Below, piece by piece: positions 59,651-64,000 of a DNA stretch of 64,000 nt. How positions within the stretch are numbered: the stretch's first letter is position 1; every line of letters begins with the position of its first letter. A model generated the notes under the pieces. The model was not told the origin of the DNA. It made no database searches and saw only the letters and a program-made list of their open reading frames with translations. The position numbers and the translations under genes were made by a program. The DNA is from Candidatus Pacearchaeota archaeon (GTDB taxonomy: Archaea > Nanobdellota > Nanobdellia > Pacearchaeales > GW2011-AR1): the NCBI GenBank assembly GCA_023133415.1, contig JAGLWM010000002.1, forward strand, positions 24,081-88,080. The letters run 5' to 3'.

Positions 59651-59941
59651 TTAACTTGTCGAAAAGTGAGAAAAAACCCATAATAAGACCATTGAAACAA
59701 AAACTATTCCCATACCCCAGTTTTGTAGTAATTTTATTAATTCCTTATCTTTTATCTCCAATAAGTTTGAGAATCCCGAGGAAGCTATCATAATTATTCC
59801 TCCAAACATCAACAACATAAGAAGACTTCCCAAGCTACCAATATATTCACTCATAATGTTTCTAAAAAAAGAATAGCTTTCTAAAATAAATGCTACAATA
59901 AAAGAGAGTAAAATTGTTTGTTTAATGTCTTTTTTGTTCAT
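59651..59941 (-). CDS. Small membrane protein (3 TM)
   Basis: Last gene of the tight operon. 4-nt overlap. Confidence 0.4.
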   Translation of the reverse strand: MNKKDIKQTILLSFIVAFILESYSFFRNIMSEYIGSLGSLLMLLMFGGIIMIASSGFSNLLEIKDKELIKLLQNWGMGIVFVSMVLLWVFSHFSTS

Positions 59942-61116
59942 TCCTCAACATCCTTCCGTTTAGCCAGACTAAACCTAAAACCTTTAACTACCTCAACACA
60001 TCCACAAACATCCTTATCAGAAACATCTCCTTTAAGAATATGAGAGCCAAGCCTCACGCCACAAAGCATCGAGTAAGTATCATAAAGCCCCTTCTTTTTT
60101 AATATCCCAATAAGTTTCTCTTTATCTTCAGGCATTAAACATTTATCAAACTCTTTCACTTTGGCAATCTTATTTGAACCAAAGATAGAATCGACATCAA
60201 GCTGCTTAGCGTAATCAATCAATTTTCCTTCCAGTTCTCCCTTTCTCTCTTTTAATTCTCCTAATTGCATCTTAACTTTAGAATATTCATCAACAAGCTT
60301 AACCCCATCATCTTTCTTAAATTCCTCAACAGATTTTTCTTCAAGTTCTACTTCATGTTTGAAACTTGGGCATATACCTTTGTAAACACAATAATTACAT
60401 AATCCTGTTTGATTTCTTGGGAACTCTGTCGTAGATTCAATCTCTTTAATTTTATCACAAACATCTTGTTGTAATTTTTCTAATTGCTCATCACTCCTTT
60501 CTGAAACTGCATCCTTATTAAAAGCCAACATGTGCCAAACTAACTTAACAGATTTTGCATCTTTGAATTTATCTTTAACCCAAATAGAATAAAGGGCTAG
60601 TTGTCTGTCAGCATCTGCTTCTTCTTGGTCTTTCATCCGAGCATTTGTTTTATAATCGCAGACATAATAATTTCCTTCGTTATCACAAGCCAATTTATCA
60701 ATTCTAACGTGCCATTGATTTCCGTCAGGTAGAGTCATTCGGTCAGTTGTTTCTAGTCCCAAAATTGTTAATTGGTCGAACGGCTTATATTTATCATAAT
60801 AGTCAGCGATATATTGGAGCCCCATTTTTTTGTAATTCTCAGCAGTTATTCCCTGGTCTGCTTTTGCTACTAAAATATCATCAGAGTATTCTTTTTCCCA
60901 TAGGTCTTTGTAAAATTTTAGAAGCATTGCTTTGGAAACTCTTTTTTTGAATCTCTTATCTTTGTAGAGTTTCTCAAGGGTCTGATGAACTAAATCCCCC
61001 ATAAAACATTCAATTGTCGTTGGAGTATCTACTTTAATTCTATCAATATATTTTAGTTTATACTGATAAGGACATGTTTCAAAGGTTGAGATACGGGAGT
61101 GTGAGTAGGCTGTCAT
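59938..61116 (-). CDS. Cas4/RecB-like PD-(D/E)xK nuclease with Fe-S cysteine cluster and C-terminal coiled-coil extension
   Basis: N-terminal ETCPYQYKLKY, DYKT motif, QLALY, C-x2-C-x5-C (CNYCVYKGIC). Confidence 0.6.
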   Translation of the reverse strand: MTAYSHSRISTFETCPYQYKLKYIDRIKVDTPTTIECFMGDLVHQTLEKLYKDKRFKKRVSKAMLLKFYKDLWEKEYSDDILVAKADQGITAENYKKMGLQYIADYYDKYKPFDQLTILGLETTDRMTLPDGNQWHVRIDKLACDNEGNYYVCDYKTNARMKDQEEADADRQLALYSIWVKDKFKDAKSVKLVWHMLAFNKDAVSERSDEQLEKLQQDVCDKIKEIESTTEFPRNQTGLCNYCVYKGICPSFKHEVELEEKSVEEFKKDDGVKLVDEYSKVKMQLGELKERKGELEGKLIDYAKQLDVDSIFGSNKIAKVKEFDKCLMPEDKEKLIGILKKKGLYDTYSMLCGVRLGSHILKGDVSDKDVCGCVEVVKGFRFSLAKRKDVEE

Positions 61117-61118
61117 AT

Positions 61119-62057
61119 TTAATTTTCCAATGCTTTAGAATATTTCAGCGATTTAATATAATTTTTCATAAATTCCCAATCAGGTCTTTCTTTTGAATTT
61201 ATAGGTAGCATTATTTTTGATTTTTCCATTCTTTCTTGATGCCATTTTCTACCGTAGTTAAAACGATATTTTTCTTTCTTTATCATAACTATAAGAAACA
61301 TCGCTATATATGGATTGAGTTTAAATCGTGGATATAAAACATTTACACTATCTAACGCCCAAAAAGATTCTGGTTGGTAATATGTTTCTCCAACACTGCC
61401 ATCATAATTAACCGTTATTGTATTACCCTTCTGATTGGGCGCTATGCCAAGAAATGCACTAACCCCATTATTTTTATCTATAGAAGAAACGAAGGGGCAG
61501 TCTCCCCTATCTTTTAATTTAGAAAGCACAATTCTTTTACCCTTCTTTATCTCAAATATTTCTGTATAATCAAAATATTTAAATTTTTTACTTCTTAATT
61601 CAATTTTCTCCTCTATAGCAGATTCCGACACAGCTACATAATCTTTAATGTCATTTTTTTCAGCCCATACAGGAATTTTTTCTGGGATTTTTATATTTCC
61701 TATCCTATCTGGAGTAACCTGTCTACCATAAACAAATCTAAATTTTTGCTTTCTCAATATTAAAACAAAATAAAAAAATTCCTCCAAACTCATTTCTTTT
61801 TTAGGAGTCAATACTAAACAATTATCATCGATACAGCATGACTCTCCTTGATAAAAAGCTTGACATATTGTTCCTGTATTGGGAAGAGATATAACATTCT
61901 TATATTTTGGATTTATGTCAAAATATCCATAAATTCCCCTATTCTTCCCTTTTGATGAAATTAAGGGTGTACCATTATCCCTTTTTTTTAAATCTCTTTT
62001 GGAATGATATTCTCTTTGTCCATAGTCAATATTAAAAAAGTCATATATTGTTGTCAT
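61119..62057 (-). CDS. R-M specificity (HsdS/BcgI-B-like) subunit
   Basis: Internal duplication with TRD-terminal motifs (IGNIKIPEKIP / IMLPINSKERPDWEFMKNYIKSL). Confidence 0.45.
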   Translation of the reverse strand: MTTIYDFFNIDYGQREYHSKRDLKKRDNGTPLISSKGKNRGIYGYFDINPKYKNVISLPNTGTICQAFYQGESCCIDDNCLVLTPKKEMSLEEFFYFVLILRKQKFRFVYGRQVTPDRIGNIKIPEKIPVWAEKNDIKDYVAVSESAIEEKIELRSKKFKYFDYTEIFEIKKGKRIVLSKLKDRGDCPFVSSIDKNNGVSAFLGIAPNQKGNTITVNYDGSVGETYYQPESFWALDSVNVLYPRFKLNPYIAMFLIVMIKKEKYRFNYGRKWHQERMEKSKIMLPINSKERPDWEFMKNYIKSLKYSKALEN

Positions 62058-62058
62058 T

Positions 62059-63903
62059 TTAATTCTTTAATTCTTTGTAAAGAATGTATTTTTTTATTTC
62101 CAACTCAAAAAGTTCTTTATTTAACTCCTCATAATTTGTTTCTAGATAAGCCTCTGCGCACCATTCATTCTCTGCATTCACACATTTCTTAATACTATGT
62201 TCCTTAATTTCTTTTTTGTTTTTATAATTATATATCCATTTATCCTTTATCTGGTTCCACGTACCATGATAATCTACTCTACCTAGATTTTTCACCTTGA
62301 TAAATCCATCATCTTTCCAATGACCAAAATAAGTTTCAAAATCTTTTTGATGTGGTGAATGTGCCTTAAATACTAGAATGGAAGTAACTGTACTAGCAGA
62401 GGGGTTGAATAACTCATCTGGCATAGAAAATACCGCTTCAAGAGTATGTTTTTCAAGTAATTTTTTCTTCCATTCGTAATCTTTCCCAGTTTGTGATAGA
62501 ACACAGCTAATTGGAATAATCGCGACACAAAGACCGTTTTTATCTAGGCAATCTAGATTATGATAAATAAACTCTAATTCTGAAATTGAAGTTGAATATG
62601 GGGGATTTAAAAAACCTATTGTCGGATGGTGTTTTTTAACTTTTTCTTTCATTCCATTACTAAGTGAATCCCCTTGATAAATATTAGATTTTCCATCTCC
62701 CCTCATCATCATATTAGAACAAGCATATGTAAACATATCACTTCTCTGCTCAACGCCAATAAGTTGATTTTCTTTAATATTCTTTTTCTTCTCTTCTTTA
62801 TTCCCAGCTAAGTCTAAAAGTTTTTTCATACCTTTAATTAAAAATCCAGCAGTTCCACAACAACTATCATAAATAACGTCATCAACATCGGGGTTTGCAA
62901 TTTCTACAAAAAGGTCCGTAATATGTTGTGGAGTTAAAACTAACCCAAGTTTTTTATCCCCATAAACGTACCTTATAAACTCAGAATAAAATTGTCCAAG
63001 AATATCATATCCAATATGTTCATATTCCGTAAAGGGAAATACCTTTTTATCTAATTCAAATATTAAATCTCTTAATAATGTGTTTCTTTCGTCCTCTCCA
63101 GTTTCTTTATTTCTTATTTTTTTAGCTATCGAAAGATTATTTGATTGGGATATTTTATTATATTCTCCAAGCAAAACCTTTATCTTTTCATCACCTAATT
63201 TTTTACCCCTCAGCACTCTTTCAATAGCTTTCAATAAGTCCTCTACTAGCTCCTGTGGAGTTTTCTCTAAAGGATAAGACTTTCTAAAATCTTTATTTTG
63301 TAATGCTGTTAAAATCCCACTAACTATTGTCGCCCTTTCATTTTCAGGAACAGAGTAATTATATAAAAAATCATTTAATTCCGAGGCAAAAATCAATATA
63401 TTTTCATCTTTCAATTTTTCAGCAGTTTCTTTTTTCTCAAAAATATTTAAGTAATCATAGATACTTAATAATTCTTTATCGCTTAGTTCCCTTGCATCCG
63501 AAGATTCTTTATTTATTAAGAAGTTTGATATTGTTAATTTATCTTTATTTTCTCCGCTTACTGCAATTGCGATTACATTAAAATCTTTTTTTAGAAATTC
63601 TGCATAATGCAATACTCCGTCAACGGCATATTTTTCTGGATTTTTTCCCTCGCTATCCTTTCTTTGATGGTTTTTTATATCAGCCTTACATTCTACTATT
63701 ATCGCATAATCGATGACTGAAGGAAAAGTAATTATAAATTCTGGATAACCTGCTTTGCCACTTAATGTTTTAGAAGATTTTCCTAATAATTCTTTTATAA
63801 ATTTATTTTTTGTTCTTTGTTCTTCAAATTTTATATTTCTAAATAATCCATCTGTTTTAAAATGCGTTCTAACAAAATCCTCTGTTATTCTTTCGTTTAC
63901 CAT
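62059..63903 (-). CDS. BcgI-A-like fusion: PD-ExK endonuclease domain plus gamma-class N6-adenine methyltransferase
   Basis: YPEFIITF...IIVECKAD. Motif I DSCCGTAGFL, motif IV NPPYS. Confidence 0.6.
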   Translation of the reverse strand: MVNERITEDFVRTHFKTDGLFRNIKFEEQRTKNKFIKELLGKSSKTLSGKAGYPEFIITFPSVIDYAIIVECKADIKNHQRKDSEGKNPEKYAVDGVLHYAEFLKKDFNVIAIAVSGENKDKLTISNFLINKESSDARELSDKELLSIYDYLNIFEKKETAEKLKDENILIFASELNDFLYNYSVPENERATIVSGILTALQNKDFRKSYPLEKTPQELVEDLLKAIERVLRGKKLGDEKIKVLLGEYNKISQSNNLSIAKKIRNKETGEDERNTLLRDLIFELDKKVFPFTEYEHIGYDILGQFYSEFIRYVYGDKKLGLVLTPQHITDLFVEIANPDVDDVIYDSCCGTAGFLIKGMKKLLDLAGNKEEKKKNIKENQLIGVEQRSDMFTYACSNMMMRGDGKSNIYQGDSLSNGMKEKVKKHHPTIGFLNPPYSTSISELEFIYHNLDCLDKNGLCVAIIPISCVLSQTGKDYEWKKKLLEKHTLEAVFSMPDELFNPSASTVTSILVFKAHSPHQKDFETYFGHWKDDGFIKVKNLGRVDYHGTWNQIKDKWIYNYKNKKEIKEHSIKKCVNAENEWCAEAYLETNYEELNKELFELEIKKYILYKELKN

Positions 63904-64000
63904 TATATAATTTAAGAAATGCGACTATTTAAATTGTGCGGTGATTTTGTAGTAACTTCCCAATAGTCCTAGCAATTCTCAACAACAAATTGACTACTAA

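Larger units (their letters stand above)
59605..64000. mobile_element. Second copy (left end only in window) of the GCTTTGTGTATAAAGT-TIR element, carrying a defence operon
   Basis: Identical 16-bp TIR at 59605-59620 plus imperfect inverted copy at 59631-59646. A-rich cargo. Right end beyond the window. Confidence 0.55.

Overview
The window reads as a stretch of a small, low-GC archaeal chromosome, most plausibly from an uncultivated DPANN-type archaeon. That taxonomic guess is inference from gene content only. Native genes sit on G+T-rich coding strands and include clearly archaeal informational genes: aEF-1beta, the S27e-aIF2alpha-Nop10 cluster, RadA, RPA, a split Hef helicase/nuclease, DRG GTPase, family-4 UDG and IMPDH. 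There is a type-IV-pilus-like locus with a FlaI/VirB11-family ATPase, a FlaJ/TadC-like platform, about eight class-III-signal pilin-like genes and a FlaK/PibD-type prepilin peptidase. Large N/S/T-rich and Cys-rich surface proteins are also present. Three things stand out. First, at least two copies of a transposon-like element bounded by a 16-bp terminal inverted repeat GCTTTGTGTATAAAGT. One copy (25381-33255) is complete, with an 11-bp target duplication. It carries a BcgI-like Type IIB restriction-modification pair, a SWIM-DDE transposase, AbrB-like regulators with 14-bp palindromic sites, a GxxExxY protein, and a Panacea/MazF-like toxin-antitoxin cluster. The second copy (59605 to window end) carries a BcgI-like A subunit, a specificity subunit, a Cas4-like Fe-S PD-(D/E)xK nuclease and a membrane protein in one tight operon. 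This operon is a candidate undescribed defence module. Second, two families of miniature repeats are dispersed through the window. Module A is AT-rich, carries a hairpin, and sits as a leader immediately upstream of start codons. Module B is GC-rich with a CCCCAA/TTGGGG hairpin. Some B copies lie in-frame inside coding sequences (M16 peptidase, Nop10 N-terminus), reminiscent of Rickettsia palindromic elements. Third, a G-rich AGGTCGCAGG hexamer motif recurs upstream of several pilin-like genes. No rRNA, tRNA or CRISPR array was recognised.
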